This document shows, piece after piece, positions 39,438 to 50,957 of a stretch of DNA of 64,000 nucleotides. The notes under the pieces were generated by a model that saw only the letters and a program-made list of their open reading frames with translations, ran no database searches and was not told where the DNA came from. How positions within the stretch are numbered: position 1 is the stretch's first letter; each line of letters begins with the position of its first letter. A program made the position numbers and the translations under genes. Origin of the DNA: Patescibacteria group bacterium (GTDB lineage: Bacteria; Patescibacteriota; Gracilibacteria; UBA4473); assembly GCA_965660445.1 (NCBI GenBank), contig CBFIAK010000001.1, positions 764,228-828,227 of the forward strand, in the 5' to 3' direction.

Positions 39438-41234
39438 CTACTTCTTATTCCGTTTTCGATCGACTTCTGTTAAATGTTTTTTTCGTAATCGAATATTGAG
39501 TGGTGTTACTTCCACATATTCATCGTCTTTAATATATTCAAGCGCTTTCTCAAGTGTTACTTCTTGAGGTGGTATCAATTTTATCGCATCATCAGATCCT
39601 GATGCCCGTACATTTGTGAGCTGTTTTCCTTTAATAGGATTCACCGTTAAATCATTCCCTTGGTTGTGCTCTCCAATAATCATACCCTCATATACTTCAG
39701 TTGCCGGATGAATAAAAATAGCCCCTCGTTCTTGCAGGTTCCATAAAGAATACGCCGTTGAAGATCCCGTCACACCTGAAATAAGAGACCCAACACTTCG
39801 TTTTTCAATCTTCCCCATAAATGGAGCCGTATGCGAAAACGAATGAAAGAGTGTTCCCTCCCCTTTTGTAAGAATAATAAACGGAGACCGAACCCCTAAT
39901 AAACCTCGTGAAGGCACTAAAAACTCAAGTGTTGTAATCGTATTTTCTGTAGTCATATTCACCATTTCTCCTTTTCGTTGTGACAACATTTCAATTACTT
40001 TTCCTGAAATTTCTTCTGGAATATTTACAACCACTTGCTCAATTGGTTCATGCACAACTCCATCTTTTTCTTGTAATACCACTTCTGGTTGTGATACTTG
40101 CAACTCAAACCCTTCACGTCGCATGGTTTCAATCAAAACCGCTAAATGCATTTCCCCACGCCCAAACACTTTAAACGAATCAGAATCACCCGAAAACTCC
40201 ACATGAAGCCCAACATTAGTCTCTAACTCTTTTTCGAGTCGATCTCGGATCTGTCGACTTGTTACTAATTTCCCTTCTTTTCCTGCAAAAGGTGAATCAT
40301 TTACCATAAAATACATCGCCAAAGTTGGCGGATCAACATCAATAGATGGCAATGGTTCTGCCGAATCATTCCCTGCAATAGTTTCTCCCACATAAACATC
40401 TGATATTCCAGCAATTGCTACAATATCACCACTTACCGCTTGAGGTACTTCTATACGGTTCATCCCCTGAAACGTAAAGATTTTAGAAATCTTTGCAGAT
40501 CGTCTTTTTCCTTCTGGTGTAAACACAAAAACCGATTGGTTTGTTTTTATAACTCCTTCATGTATACGCCCAACAGCAATACGACCTAAAAAGTTATCAT
40601 ATCCAAGTGTTGCGGGTTGTAACCGAAACGGTACATCTTCATTTGCAGGAGCACTTGATGCATGTTCACAAATAAAATCAAGAAATGGAGTAATGTCTTT
40701 GTGTTCGTCATTCAAATTTCGAACAGCAATTCCATCACGAGCAATGGTGTAAATGTATGGAAAATCAAGTTGCTCATCAGTAGCACCCAGTTTTACAAAC
40801 AAATCAAATATTTGATCAATAACCCATTCTGGTCGAGCCGATGGTTTATCAATTTTATTGATAACCACACAAACCTTTTTTCCCATTTCAAGAGATTTTC
40901 GAAGCACAAATTTTGTTTGAGGCATAGGACCTTCATAAGCATCAACCACTAAAAAAGTCGTATCTACCATTTTTAACACTCGTTCAACTTCACTTCCAAA
41001 ATCAGCATGCCCTGGTGTATCAACAATATTAATTTTTATATCGTTATATTTAATAGCCGCATTTTTTGAATAAATAGTAATCCCTCGTTCTCGTTCTTGG
41101 TCATGACTATCCATAACACAAGTAACCACCTCTTGGTGATCTGAGAATGCTCCACCAGCTTGCAAAAGAGCATCAACAAGAGTTGTTTTTCCATGATCTA
41201 CATGGGCAATAATAGCAATATTTCGAATATCCAT
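39438..41234 (-). CDS. typA: Translational GTPase TypA/BipA
   Basis: [49 protein letters not shown]. Confidence 0.97.
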   Translation of the reverse strand: MDIRNIAIIAHVDHGKTTLVDALLQAGGAFSDHQEVVTCVMDSHDQERERGITIYSKNAAIKYNDIKINIVDTPGHADFGSEVERVLKMVDTTFLVVDAYEGPMPQTKFVLRKSLEMGKKVCVVINKIDKPSARPEWVIDQIFDLFVKLGATDEQLDFPYIYTIARDGIAVRNLNDEHKDITPFLDFICEHASSAPANEDVPFRLQPATLGYDNFLGRIAVGRIHEGVIKTNQSVFVFTPEGKRRSAKISKIFTFQGMNRIEVPQAVSGDIVAIAGISDVYVGETIAGNDSAEPLPSIDVDPPTLAMYFMVNDSPFAGKEGKLVTSRQIRDRLEKELETNVGLHVEFSGDSDSFKVFGRGEMHLAVLIETMRREGFELQVSQPEVVLQEKDGVVHEPIEQVVVNIPEEISGKVIEMLSQRKGEMVNMTTENTITTLEFLVPSRGLLGVRSPFIILTKGEGTLFHSFSHTAPFMGKIEKRSVGSLISGVTGSSTAYSLWNLQERGAIFIHPATEVYEGMIIGEHNQGNDLTVNPIKGKQLTNVRASGSDDAIKLIPPQEVTLEKALEYIKDDEYVEVTPLNIRLRKKHLTEVDRKRNKK

Positions 41235-41299
41235 ACAAAAAAATAAAAAGTGGCTGTTTTATAGGGTTTCTTTTTCAAAAAGTCAAAAAAGAGTTTCTT

Positions 41300-41815
41300 T
41301 TATGTATAATAACGCGATTGATGGTCTTCTAAAAAACGAATCGTTTTTTGACAATCCTCTTTCATTTTTAGAAACTCATCAAACGAATAATCTTTCCCCT
41401 CGTATACAATAGATTCTGAAAACAATTGCTGAGACGAAAACAAAGCATTATTCAGTTTCTCGAAAAGTTCTTTTTTTTCTTGTAACATATACAATGTTGG
41501 GTTTTCTTTTCGTTTACAATCTTCAATACGTCCGATTACCGTTTGAATAGCACGAGAAAAACGATCTACTTCTTGTGCAATAGAATAAGAACTGGTGTAA
41601 ATTTTCCCTTCAACCTCAACAGAAGACGGGATATTTCTTAACTGAAAAACATTGGCAACTCCTTGATCTAAAAAAGAATCAATCTCTTGAGCAGAATAAG
41701 GAGATATGCCATGTTCTAAAATATCTTGTTTTTTTAATAACTCATCTCTTTTCAAATTAAGTTTCGCCAATAAACCTTCATACACTCCTCGTTTTTCAGA
41801 ATATGTATTATCCAT
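41300..41815 (-). CDS. Hypothetical helical protein
   Basis: 171-aa ORF; upstream TTGACA on the minus strand. Confidence 0.55.
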   Translation of the reverse strand: MDNTYSEKRGVYEGLLAKLNLKRDELLKKQDILEHGISPYSAQEIDSFLDQGVANVFQLRNIPSSVEVEGKIYTSSYSIAQEVDRFSRAIQTVIGRIEDCKRKENPTLYMLQEKKELFEKLNNALFSSQQLFSESIVYEGKDYSFDEFLKMKEDCQKTIRFLEDHQSRYYT

Positions 41816-41934
41816 AATTTATATATAAATATATACTTAAAACATGTCAACACTTAAATAGAACAAAAAACTTGAACGAAGTATGAGTTTTTATATACTC
41901 ATAAAAAAGGAACACACATAATTTCTATTTTCTT

Positions 41935-44520
41935 ATGCATCATTTTTTTCTTGCACTTATGGGGTTATGGCAAACGCTTAGCCCCCAGACAGCAATAAGC
42001 GAACAAGAAATTCTTCTTGAAAAAGGACAAACAACCATTCAAACCGATAGTGCTTGGAATTTTATAATTATTCATACGCAATCAGAAACCCAACCCGTAC
42101 TGCACTACCGAACACAAGACAGATGGTACCCAGTACAATGGACGCATGACCACGAAAACACTCGAGATAAAAACCTTCATATCTCTAAAGGTATATTTTT
42201 TGATGACGACTCATTTGTCCTCCATCTCAGGAGTGATACGCAACAACATTTAAAAATACAATTTCTGAACACAAAAAATGACACCGAAAACTTATCGGTT
42301 CAAGCGGGCATCACTGATTTTGATACGGGTATTCAGTTTCAAGACTTCAGTTTTGATGATGCACTTCTTGATGGCGTAGAAATGACACAGTTTCAAAACG
42401 GAATGGCTATGGGAAGTTTTCAAAACTCTTCATTTCGTCCACAATATATCACTCGTGAAGGATGGGGTGCTGATGAATCACTCCGTCTCTGGAAACGTGG
42501 TCAGACACTGAGTAAGTATTTCAGATCCACTCCCCCCGAAGCAAAAGCACATCTATCACAAGAAGAATGGCCCGAAATAACCGAAAAAACCAACGAAAAA
42601 GGCGCTCGACTCACTTGGCCTGTTGAACAAAATAAAAGCATTAAAAAAGTCGTTCTGCATCATACCGGCGAATATATAGACAACACGACTCAGATGCGCC
42701 GAACACCACGCGATCATATACGAGCTATTTATCAATACCACACCATCAATAAAGACTGGGGAGATATTGGCTATAATTTTATTATCGATAAACTTGGAAA
42801 TATTTATGAAGGACGCTACGGAGGGCCTCAAACAGTAGGAGCTCATACCGCGTATCATAATGTTGGTACGGTTGGTATTGCTCTTATGGGAAATTTTGAA
42901 CACGAAGAACCAACCGATAATCAAATAAAAGTACTCTCAATTCTTCTTGCGTATTTAAGCGATAAATACGGTATAGACCCAGAAGGAGCTATTGATTTTT
43001 TAGGAATAGAAACAGAAACCATAACAGGACATCGGTTTGTTGCACGACAAGGACACGGCACAGCTTGTCCGGGTACAAATCTTATTAAGAGGTTTCCCGA
43101 CTTGCGATCATCAACCAATACGATACTTAAAAAATTACGATCACAACGGGATGATATGCCCAAAGGACTCGATTTTTTAAGTAAAAGTAGTGGGGCTCAA
43201 AGTATCCAACGCAGGCTTCCTCGATTTGAAAAAAAAGAAAAACTCCCTCTTATTACCCAAAGTGGACTCTTGCCAAAAACAATACTCCAAAGAGGGAGTA
43301 CGCAAATGATATCGGTTTCGTTCCAAAACAACTCTCAAAAAACATGGGATCCCCACAGTACTATTTTGCCTATTACTCCCCCACCCGGAATTCAAATAAC
43401 CCCCTTTAAATCAGAAAAGGAAATCGCTCCTAATGAAGAAGGCGTATTTACAGCTCTCATATCAGTTACTAATACAGCGAATGGGCACTATGACTTAACG
43501 CTTGATCCGGTATTTTTAAAAGATTCTTATTTCGAGCACCAAAAACGACCAATATTTAAAATCCCGATTCAAATATCAGGAGACCGAAATCTATTAAAAC
43601 TCCCACAAAAAACTACGATTATCCAAAACAATAATCGCCATGCAGCAAGCGCAACAAGTTTTTCATCTGCACAAAGACAAGCACACGAACCAGAAGTGAA
43701 AATTAAAATTAAAAAAGCTGATAACAAAACTCTTTATTTTCGATCCGACAAAGCACTTTTTATCCGATCAAATAATGATTTAGTGACAGAACTTCGAAAA
43801 GGCGAAAGTGTTAAAATAAGCATTCATTCACCACGAACACTGGAAGTCAAAACAGCAAAAGCACAATGGGTACTTGATGATGTATCACTTCATACCGAAG
43901 GATATACTGAAATAATCAATTATAATCGTGGAATAAACACACAAATTCCGTATAACAAATTCCGAAGACAACTCAATATCCATCCACAAGCGGGAAATAA
44001 ATTACTGGTTGTAAACCAATTACCTTTAGAAGAATATTTATCAGGACTTGCCGAAGAACCCGCCAGTGAACCCGAGCAGAAAAAACACGCTATTCATATT
44101 CTTGCTCGAAGTTATGTATATGTATATAACGGTGATCGTCGAAAATTCAGAACCCATCTCTATGATCTAGAAGATGATCCCGCCACATCACAGTTTTATT
44201 TAGGATACGACTGGGAACGATTTAATCTTGAACAAAAACGCCTTCTGACACAAACAAAAGGAATGGTTATAACCTATAAAGGTATCCCTGTTATTGGTCC
44301 TTATTTCACACAGAGCAGTGGACACAGTTCCGATAAATGGAACCGTGCTTATCCATGGGCAAAAGCACAACCACTCCCATTTGATGAAGGGCTTGAAGCA
44401 AAAGGACACGGGGTTGGACTTTCTGGAAACTCCGCCAGAGAACTGGCAAGAGAAGGAAAGAATTATAAAGAGATTATCGATTACTTTTTCACAGACATTA
44501 ATATTAAAAAAATATATTAG
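41935..44520 (+). CDS. PGRP/Amidase_2 N-acetylmuramoyl-L-alanine amidase fused to a SpoIID/LytB domain
   Basis: REGWGA, VVLHHT, WGDIGYNFIID..IYEGR, GAHT, GHR..TACPG; VVNQLPLEEYL.G..E, ILARSY, GHGVGLS. Confidence 0.88.
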   Translation: MHHFFLALMGLWQTLSPQTAISEQEILLEKGQTTIQTDSAWNFIIIHTQSETQPVLHYRTQDRWYPVQWTHDHENTRDKNLHISKGIFFDDDSFVLHLRSDTQQHLKIQFLNTKNDTENLSVQAGITDFDTGIQFQDFSFDDALLDGVEMTQFQNGMAMGSFQNSSFRPQYITREGWGADESLRLWKRGQTLSKYFRSTPPEAKAHLSQEEWPEITEKTNEKGARLTWPVEQNKSIKKVVLHHTGEYIDNTTQMRRTPRDHIRAIYQYHTINKDWGDIGYNFIIDKLGNIYEGRYGGPQTVGAHTAYHNVGTVGIALMGNFEHEEPTDNQIKVLSILLAYLSDKYGIDPEGAIDFLGIETETITGHRFVARQGHGTACPGTNLIKRFPDLRSSTNTILKKLRSQRDDMPKGLDFLSKSSGAQSIQRRLPRFEKKEKLPLITQSGLLPKTILQRGSTQMISVSFQNNSQKTWDPHSTILPITPPPGIQITPFKSEKEIAPNEEGVFTALISVTNTANGHYDLTLDPVFLKDSYFEHQKRPIFKIPIQISGDRNLLKLPQKTTIIQNNNRHAASATSFSSAQRQAHEPEVKIKIKKADNKTLYFRSDKALFIRSNNDLVTELRKGESVKISIHSPRTLEVKTAKAQWVLDDVSLHTEGYTEIINYNRGINTQIPYNKFRRQLNIHPQAGNKLLVVNQLPLEEYLSGLAEEPASEPEQKKHAIHILARSYVYVYNGDRRKFRTHLYDLEDDPATSQFYLGYDWERFNLEQKRLLTQTKGMVITYKGIPVIGPYFTQSSGHSSDKWNRAYPWAKAQPLPFDEGLEAKGHGVGLSGNSARELAREGKNYKEIIDYFFTDINIKKIY

Positions 44521-44540
44521 GAAAAAATAAGAAAATAAAA

Positions 44541-44568
44541 TTGACAAACAAAAGCGTATTTCTAAAAT
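44541..44568 (+). promoter_or_regulatory. Near-consensus sigma70 promoter
   Basis: TTGACA - 16 nt - TAAAAT. Confidence 0.65.
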
Positions 44569-44597
44569 GATGCGGCAATATTTAAATATTTACTACC

Positions 44598-44741
44598 ATG
44601 ACAAATCGAGGCGGCGCTAAACAACACGGAGGGCATTGCATCAATGAACGACGACGAAAAAGCACACTCAGTAAACGAGACAACAAAGCCAAAGCTTCTG
44701 AACGTCGTGAAGCATTAAGAGCAAAAGGGCTTAATTGCTAG
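44598..44741 (+). CDS. Small basic protein (47 aa), below the ORF-track cut-off
   Basis: MTNRGGAKQHGGHCINERRRKSTLSKRDNKAKASERREALRAKGLNC; own promoter; CGA codons as in neighbouring genes. Confidence 0.6.
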   Translation: MTNRGGAKQHGGHCINERRRKSTLSKRDNKAKASERREALRAKGLNC

Positions 44742-44747
44742 AGAAAT

Positions 44748-45267
44748 GAAGCGCAGAAGCGCTCGAATCTTGAATCCGGAATCTGGAATCTAGAATAAGT
44801 CGCAGGAATCACAAAAATCACAGGGGTTTTCAAAACCTTGTGATTGTTCCTTATTTCTCAACCTGAATCTCAATCTTAATTCTTAAACCCGAGACCGGTC
44901 TCCATTTCACATAGATATAGATTAAAAAATTATTGAAGCTTAAAGATTTGACATGCCAAACACCTTATTAAAGCCAAAACTTGGAGACCGGTCTCCAAGT
45001 TTTGGCTTCATTGTGCGTTTTTTAGTATTTTTTCAGTTATTGTATAATAATAGAATCTTGAATCCGGAATCTGGAATCTTGTTTACATCGCAAAATTACA
45101 GTGAAGTCTTCGACCTCAGAAGCATGAATTAAGAATTATGGAGAAGCACAGGAATCACAAAAAAAACAACAAGGCTTTGCACAGCCTTGTGATTTTTCCA
45201 TAATTCATAATTCCTTATTCATAATTCATACTTCCAGATTCTAAATTCGAAGGAATCTCCAAATTTA
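44748..45267. repeat. Composite repeat locus L6 with full cassette B (44847-45056)
   Basis: Palindromes at 44816 and 45165; 38-bp perfect palindrome at 44971-45008; heptamer tandems. Confidence 0.88.
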
Positions 45268-45335
45268 CTGCTTCCCTATTTCTTGACACACGGAAAAACA
45301 CAAATAACATAAAATTAGTAAATAACATAAAAAAA

Positions 45336-45575
45336 ATGAATTACACACTTAAACTATTCAATACTGGTCAAATAACACTTCCTAAAAAATGGCGGAGTCA
45401 ATTTCATACAAAAAACTTCATCGCTGAAGAAACAGATCAGGGATTATTAATAAAACCTCTTCTCAATGATAAAACTATTTTTTATGAAGATTCAAAAGAG
45501 TTTGGGCTTTATGCTGAAGAAGGAATTGATACAAAAAAAATAATTCAAAAAATAAAAGATTTGCAAAATGGATAA
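45336..45575 (+). CDS. AbrB/MazE-family antitoxin
   Basis: LKLFNTGQITLPKKWR...GLLIKPL; overlaps the toxin start. Confidence 0.8.
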   Translation: MNYTLKLFNTGQITLPKKWRSQFHTKNFIAEETDQGLLIKPLLNDKTIFYEDSKEFGLYAEEGIDTKKIIQKIKDLQNG

Positions 45576-45804
45576 TATTACAAAGTTCATTCAAAAGCTT
45601 TCCCAAAAAGAACAAAATACACTCATTGAATGCATTCTAAAAATAGAGAATAATGATATAGAAAATCAAGATATTAAAAAACTTTCTGGATTTTCTGATA
45701 CCTATAGATTTCGAAAAGGAAAATTTAGAATTGTTTTTATAAAGAGTGAAAATCATACACAAATTATAAATATAAGTTACCGAAAAGATGCTTATAAAAA
45801 GTAA
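45568..45804 (+). CDS. RelE/ParE-family toxin
   Basis: KFIQKL, DIKKLSG..DTYRFRKGKFRIVF, ISYRKDAY. Confidence 0.85.
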   Translation: MDNITKFIQKLSQKEQNTLIECILKIENNDIENQDIKKLSGFSDTYRFRKGKFRIVFIKSENHTQIINISYRKDAYKK

Positions 45805-45811
45805 TAGAGAG

Positions 45812-45950
45812 GCACTCGAATCTGGAATCTAGAATCTAGAATCTTGGTAAAATCACAGGAATCACAAAAAAATCACAAGGTTGTGCACAACCTTGTGATT
45901 TCCCCATAATTCCTAATTCTTAATTCCTAATTCTGAAATCTTCGATTTCA
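45812..45950. repeat. Repeat locus L7 between the toxin gene and dnaJ
   Basis: Perfect 30-bp palindrome at 45871-45900; heptamers; the TGAAATCttcGATTTCA hairpin contains the dnaJ stop. Confidence 0.88.
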
Positions 45951-46997
45951 CCCCGCTTTTGCTTCTTCCAAAAGAGTTCTTAACTTTTTTGATATTTTTC
46001 GAGGCATTTGATAACGAATAGTAACAATATGGTCACCACTATAAGCTCCCTTTCGAACCCCCTGCCCTCTTATTTTTAGTTTTGTACCGTCTTTTGTGTT
46101 TTCAGGAACACTTATAGTAACGGTATCCCAAAATGTTTTCACATCAAATTCTCCACCAAGCAAAGCATCAAACACAGAAATTGATAATGAAGAATGAATA
46201 TCCATTCCTGATCGAGTAAACTCCTTTGAAGGTTTAACTCCTACTGATACATACAAATCTCCTGCACGCCCACCTCGAATTCCCGCCTCTCCAACACCTT
46301 GAATAATAACGGTTTCTCCATCTTGAACCCCTTGAGGAATCTCCACATCTATGGTTTGTTTTTTTTCTTGTCGACCTTGCCCATTGCAAGAAGAACATGT
46401 TTTTTTAAACGATTCACCACTTCCTCCACAAGCACTACACTGCACTTGCTGTGCCATAACGCCAAAAGGTGTTTGAAATCGCTGTTGCACACTCCCCCTC
46501 CCACTACAAGTAGAACATGAAGTTTTGCCTTCACCCCCTCCCCCTTCACAATCAGAACATGCAACATTGAGGGTCGTGGTAAATGATCGTTTTGTACCTT
46601 TTAATGATTCTTCAAACGAAAGATCAACATGTACTTCTAAGTCAGCACCTTTTGTTCGATTTGAAGACCGAGATTTTCCCCCTTGAGACCCAAAAAAACT
46701 AGAAAAAACATCCTCAAAACCACCACCTCCTGCCATATTTGAAAAATCAAACCCTCCAAATCCAGAAGCTCCACCGCCTCCACCAAAACCTCCCGCACTA
46801 TGACCAAACTGATCATATTGAGATTTTTTTTGTGAATCAGAAAGCACCTGATACGCTTCATTTATTTCTTTGAATTTTTTCTCATCACCTCCTTTATCAG
46901 GATGATACTCTTTTGCTTTTTGCCGATATGCTTTCTTTATATCCGCCGCAGAAGCAGAACGAGAAACACCGAGAACGTCGTAATAATCTTTTGCCAT
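45948..46997 (-). CDS. dnaJ: Chaperone DnaJ
   Basis: J-domain with HPD, G/F-rich region, four CxxCxGxG motifs. Confidence 0.96.
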   Translation of the reverse strand: MAKDYYDVLGVSRSASAADIKKAYRQKAKEYHPDKGGDEKKFKEINEAYQVLSDSQKKSQYDQFGHSAGGFGGGGGASGFGGFDFSNMAGGGGFEDVFSSFFGSQGGKSRSSNRTKGADLEVHVDLSFEESLKGTKRSFTTTLNVACSDCEGGGGEGKTSCSTCSGRGSVQQRFQTPFGVMAQQVQCSACGGSGESFKKTCSSCNGQGRQEKKQTIDVEIPQGVQDGETVIIQGVGEAGIRGGRAGDLYVSVGVKPSKEFTRSGMDIHSSLSISVFDALLGGEFDVKTFWDTVTISVPENTKDGTKLKIRGQGVRKGAYSGDHIVTIRYQMPRKISKKLRTLLEEAKAG

Positions 46998-47023
46998 GAA
47001 AATCGAGAGAAATCATAAAAATT

Positions 47024-47050
47024 TTAGCACAAAAGTCAAATGAGTGCTAG
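47024..47050 (-). promoter_or_regulatory. CIRCE operator upstream of dnaJ
   Basis: TTAGCACaa-N9-GAGTGCTAg (consensus TTAGCACTC-N9-GAGTGCTAA); overlaps a minus-strand TTGACT...TATGAT promoter. Confidence 0.78.
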
Positions 47051-47126
47051 AAATGATAATTTGACTTCTCTGCTAAAAACAAAGAAAATGAATATGAATA
47101 TTTTTGACCTTTTTTAAACCCTTTGG

Positions 47127-50100
47127 ATGAAATTCTCAGATTTACCAATAATACGTGCTGGATATAAGGTTTTACTTGTTTTTTGTTTCAGTCTTGTATC
47201 AACGCCTCTCTTATTTGCCCAGTTATTTGGTACGAACTGGAATGATGAAAAAAGTGCAGTTCCTCTTGGGGGAAGTGAAGTAGAAGTGGGTGATACTATT
47301 GTATATACTATTCGAATTGATGATATATATCGGAATGGTTTTCTTGAATACTTCCTTATAGAAGATGTCGTAACGCCTGATTTAGATTTTCAGAAAAGTG
47401 ATGTTCGTTTTTTTGTAGAGACAAAAGACGGAAATGGAGATATTCTTCGAACCGATCGAACAACAGATATATTCCAATCAGATACTTGGTGCGATCAAGC
47501 TGGAAACGATATTAGATGTCGAATCCCAGAATGCGGAGCTGGAAATCCATTTCCATGTGTATATGAACCAGTTGCTCTTGAGTTTCAGTTTCCTACGGTA
47601 GTGAATAGTGAAGCATTAAACAACCTAAAAAATGCAAACGGAGAACGAGAGGTATGTAATACCGCTTTTATAACAGAACGAAATAAAACCGAACGACGAG
47701 AATCGTTTGTGTGTCATATTTTAAAAGAACCAATCACAACCAAAGATATTCAAATCGAAAAAAGTGCATTTCCTCCAAGCACCACGAGTGTTTCAGTAGG
47801 ACAAATATTTACCTATTTTCTTACACTCACAAACAACGAAACTGAAGATTTTCAAAATATAGTCGTACAAGACACCATTGCTGATGATTTAACACTTGTT
47901 GGGTTCGACCAAAATCGATGTTCATGGGATTCAACAACACGAATATTATCATGTTTATTTAATAATGTACCTCAGTCATCAACTCAAGCTATTTCATTTG
48001 ATGTACAAGTAAAAGACACAACTCAAACATCAGTATGCAATAACGCTTCATTTGAACTTCAAAATGAGACGTATACATCAAACACTATTTGTCATGACAT
48101 TGCTCACGATATTGATATTATAAAAAGCTCTATCCCCCCACACGATAGCGAAGTAAGACCATTTGAAACAATTCAATACACCCTCACACTCAAAAATCCA
48201 ACTGATTCACCGCTTGTTGACCAAGTAATACGAGATGTCATTCATCCTGATTTCATGATTGACCCATCAAGTATCCCTACAGAATGTCAATACGACCAAG
48301 GGACGAGAGAAATTTCGTGCAATCTTTCTGTTTTGCAAAAGAGTGAAACATCGGTTTCATTTTTAGTCGTTTTAAATAACACACAAGAATCTCGAATTTG
48401 TAACACAGCACAAACTGACATTCAAGGACAAACAGTTGTCTCGTTTTCAAATTGTATAAATGTAGGAGCTGATGTATGGAACTTCACAAAAACAGCGAAT
48501 CCTGCTTCTGGTGATTCTATCGGAATAGGCGAAATGATTACCTATACACTCACTATCAAAAACACTGAAGAACTCATCAGCGAAACACTTGTTGTGACTG
48601 ATACAGTAAATGATAATCTTGAAATCGTTGATGCATTACTCCCAAGTGAATGTAGTCATCAACAAAATACAATTACTTGTACACTCGAACCACCATTATT
48701 TGGTAGAGATACACGAAGTATAGATTTTTCAGTACGGGTAAAAGACACGGCGAGTGGAGTTCTTGAAAACAAAGGAATTTTAACATTTATAGATCGTCCT
48801 TTACTACCAGTAATTGAATCCAATAGCACACAGCATCCAGTACGAAGTGGAGACAGTATCGTGATTCAAAAATCAAGCAATACTCAGACAGTGCGAAATA
48901 ATGACAACATTACCTATACACTTGAGGTGCAAAACCAAAGCCAAGTGGTAGTACGAGATATTGTGGTACAAGACACACTTTCTTCAGAAATAGGAATTCT
49001 CACAATAAGCCCAAGCAGCTGTGAAAACATACAAAACCAAGTGCGATGTGAATTCACATCACTGGCTCCAAACGAAACTCGAACCGTTACGATTAATGGG
49101 AAAGTAAAAGAGGCAATAACACTATCGGCACAAATCTGTAATACGGCGGAAGGAATATACGAAGGGACGCAAACTATAAACTCAAACACAGTGTGCGTCA
49201 CAGGAGAAAATCAAAACAGTGGAGGCGGAAGTAATGGAGGTGGAAGCGCACCAGTTACCCCAACCGTTGGAACCTGTGCAGCCGCACGCGGAAGTGGCGA
49301 AGGATGGGAATGTGTTCCCCGATACCCAAAAGCGCCAACAGCAACACACCAAGACCCATTTTATGAGGTTTACGAAACGTGTAAGAAAGACACAACACAA
49401 ACAGAAACTGACTGTCTTCTCGCTTGGGCTGATGCTTCTGGATTCACAGTCTGTGGGGCGACAAATCCTTCATTTACAAGTACATCGTTTTCAAACCTTG
49501 CGGAATATTTCGCGACAAATCCAAAAATATTAGTTCCTTATTCATCAGGAGATGCTGATTTATTATTTCAAAACGCTAGCTACGACAACCGAAATAACGG
49601 AAAAGAAATCTTAAATCATCAATGTACAGCAAAACAAGTCATTTATACTGATGGAAATACTGGAGGAGGAAGCAATACCACTCAATGTGTCACTCCAAAC
49701 GATGCACCTGAAGTTTCAATGACACTCAAAAAGACAGCTGATAAATCCGTCATTGCACGAGGAGATGAAGTAACATACACCGTAACGGTAACGCCACAGA
49801 TAATAAATCAAAAGAATGTGACGATCACGAAAGCAGAGCTAAGAATATATGATTACACCGTACCGCATGATTCAGGAAAAATATGGCATCGAGACGGAAT
49901 CTTAAACGATAATAAATTAAGTGATAGCTATCAAGATTGGACTCTTGCCGGTTCAGTTGCTGACGGAATTGTGTTTACAAAAGATATTACGACAACTCTA
50001 GAAAATACGCATACTATTACCTATTCTATGGACAGTGAACTGGCATTAACATCAGATATTGCACAACTGAAAAACACATCGTTTGCACGGCTTATACTCT

Positions 50101-50957
50101 TTTACGAAACGACAGACGCTGATGGAAACATCGAGCCAAGCAAAACACTGAACCAATTATTCGGGTTTGATGAAACGGGCACTACAAATAATATTTGTGG
50201 AAATCCTGGAGCTTTGGATCCATCAACAACAGGAAGTGCTGTTATTGTGAATGTGATTCGTCCAGTACTCGACACACAAGGAGGCGGAAATATTGGCGGA
50301 CTTGAAATAAAAGAAGACGAAGAAAAATTATTTGGAGACCCAGACACAATTCGAAATATCATTCGAGAAGAACTCCAAAACATAGAAATAAAAGCGACTC
50401 CAATGCAGCGTTCACGCCCATTACCAATGCCAAATGAACTCAAACCAAGTGTTATTGAAGATATACAAGAAAAAGCAACTCGAAGCGAAACATTCTTCAA
50501 TACATCGTTCGAAACGACACAAGCTGATTCTGGTGTTTACTTTGGAAACTCAATAACGCTTTCAGACGAATTTGATGCCGAAAAGAGAAGTAAAACATTT
50601 GTTATTGATGGAGATGTAACAATTACAAAGAATTTCACTATTCAAAATGGGTTTGCGGCATTCATCATCAACGGAAACTTAATTATCGAAGATACTGTTG
50701 ACCGAATTGAAGGACTCTTTGTAGTTCAAAATGGAACGATTCAAGGAGGGACAGACTCAAAACAACCCCTTACTATTTCAGGAGGACTCATTGGAGATGC
50801 TCGAGATTTGATTGGAAAACGACGATTTATCGGAGAAAACCCCGAAACAACAATCGAGCCGAGTATTACGATTCTGTTTGATATAAGACTCCTTGAACAA
50901 ACTCCCCCTGCCCTACAAGATTACTTAGGAGGCAATTGGCAACAAGTGACACAGTGA
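47127..50957 (+). CDS. Large surface protein with DUF11 (conserved repeat) Ig-like domains
   Basis: Repeated I.K.A.P...V..G..ITYTLT..N...VV.D units with paired Cys; signal/TM N-terminus. Confidence 0.85.
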   Translation: MKFSDLPIIRAGYKVLLVFCFSLVSTPLLFAQLFGTNWNDEKSAVPLGGSEVEVGDTIVYTIRIDDIYRNGFLEYFLIEDVVTPDLDFQKSDVRFFVETKDGNGDILRTDRTTDIFQSDTWCDQAGNDIRCRIPECGAGNPFPCVYEPVALEFQFPTVVNSEALNNLKNANGEREVCNTAFITERNKTERRESFVCHILKEPITTKDIQIEKSAFPPSTTSVSVGQIFTYFLTLTNNETEDFQNIVVQDTIADDLTLVGFDQNRCSWDSTTRILSCLFNNVPQSSTQAISFDVQVKDTTQTSVCNNASFELQNETYTSNTICHDIAHDIDIIKSSIPPHDSEVRPFETIQYTLTLKNPTDSPLVDQVIRDVIHPDFMIDPSSIPTECQYDQGTREISCNLSVLQKSETSVSFLVVLNNTQESRICNTAQTDIQGQTVVSFSNCINVGADVWNFTKTANPASGDSIGIGEMITYTLTIKNTEELISETLVVTDTVNDNLEIVDALLPSECSHQQNTITCTLEPPLFGRDTRSIDFSVRVKDTASGVLENKGILTFIDRPLLPVIESNSTQHPVRSGDSIVIQKSSNTQTVRNNDNITYTLEVQNQSQVVVRDIVVQDTLSSEIGILTISPSSCENIQNQVRCEFTSLAPNETRTVTINGKVKEAITLSAQICNTAEGIYEGTQTINSNTVCVTGENQNSGGGSNGGGSAPVTPTVGTCAAARGSGEGWECVPRYPKAPTATHQDPFYEVYETCKKDTTQTETDCLLAWADASGFTVCGATNPSFTSTSFSNLAEYFATNPKILVPYSSGDADLLFQNASYDNRNNGKEILNHQCTAKQVIYTDGNTGGGSNTTQCVTPNDAPEVSMTLKKTADKSVIARGDEVTYTVTVTPQIINQKNVTITKAELRIYDYTVPHDSGKIWHRDGILNDNKLSDSYQDWTLAGSVADGIVFTKDITTTLENTHTITYSMDSELALTSDIAQLKNTSFARLILFYETTDADGNIEPSKTLNQLFGFDETGTTNNICGNPGALDPSTTGSAVIVNVIRPVLDTQGGGNIGGLEIKEDEEKLFGDPDTIRNIIREELQNIEIKATPMQRSRPLPMPNELKPSVIEDIQEKATRSETFFNTSFETTQADSGVYFGNSITLSDEFDAEKRSKTFVIDGDVTITKNFTIQNGFAAFIINGNLIIEDTVDRIEGLFVVQNGTIQGGTDSKQPLTISGGLIGDARDLIGKRRFIGENPETTIEPSITILFDIRLLEQTPPALQDYLGGNWQQVTQ

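Noticed and set aside
39049-39499. 76-aa ORFs across repeat locus L5, including the repeated ETGL peptide
   Set aside because: The peptide repeats simply reflect the GAGACCGGTCTC palindromes and heptamers; non-ATG or repeat-derived starts.
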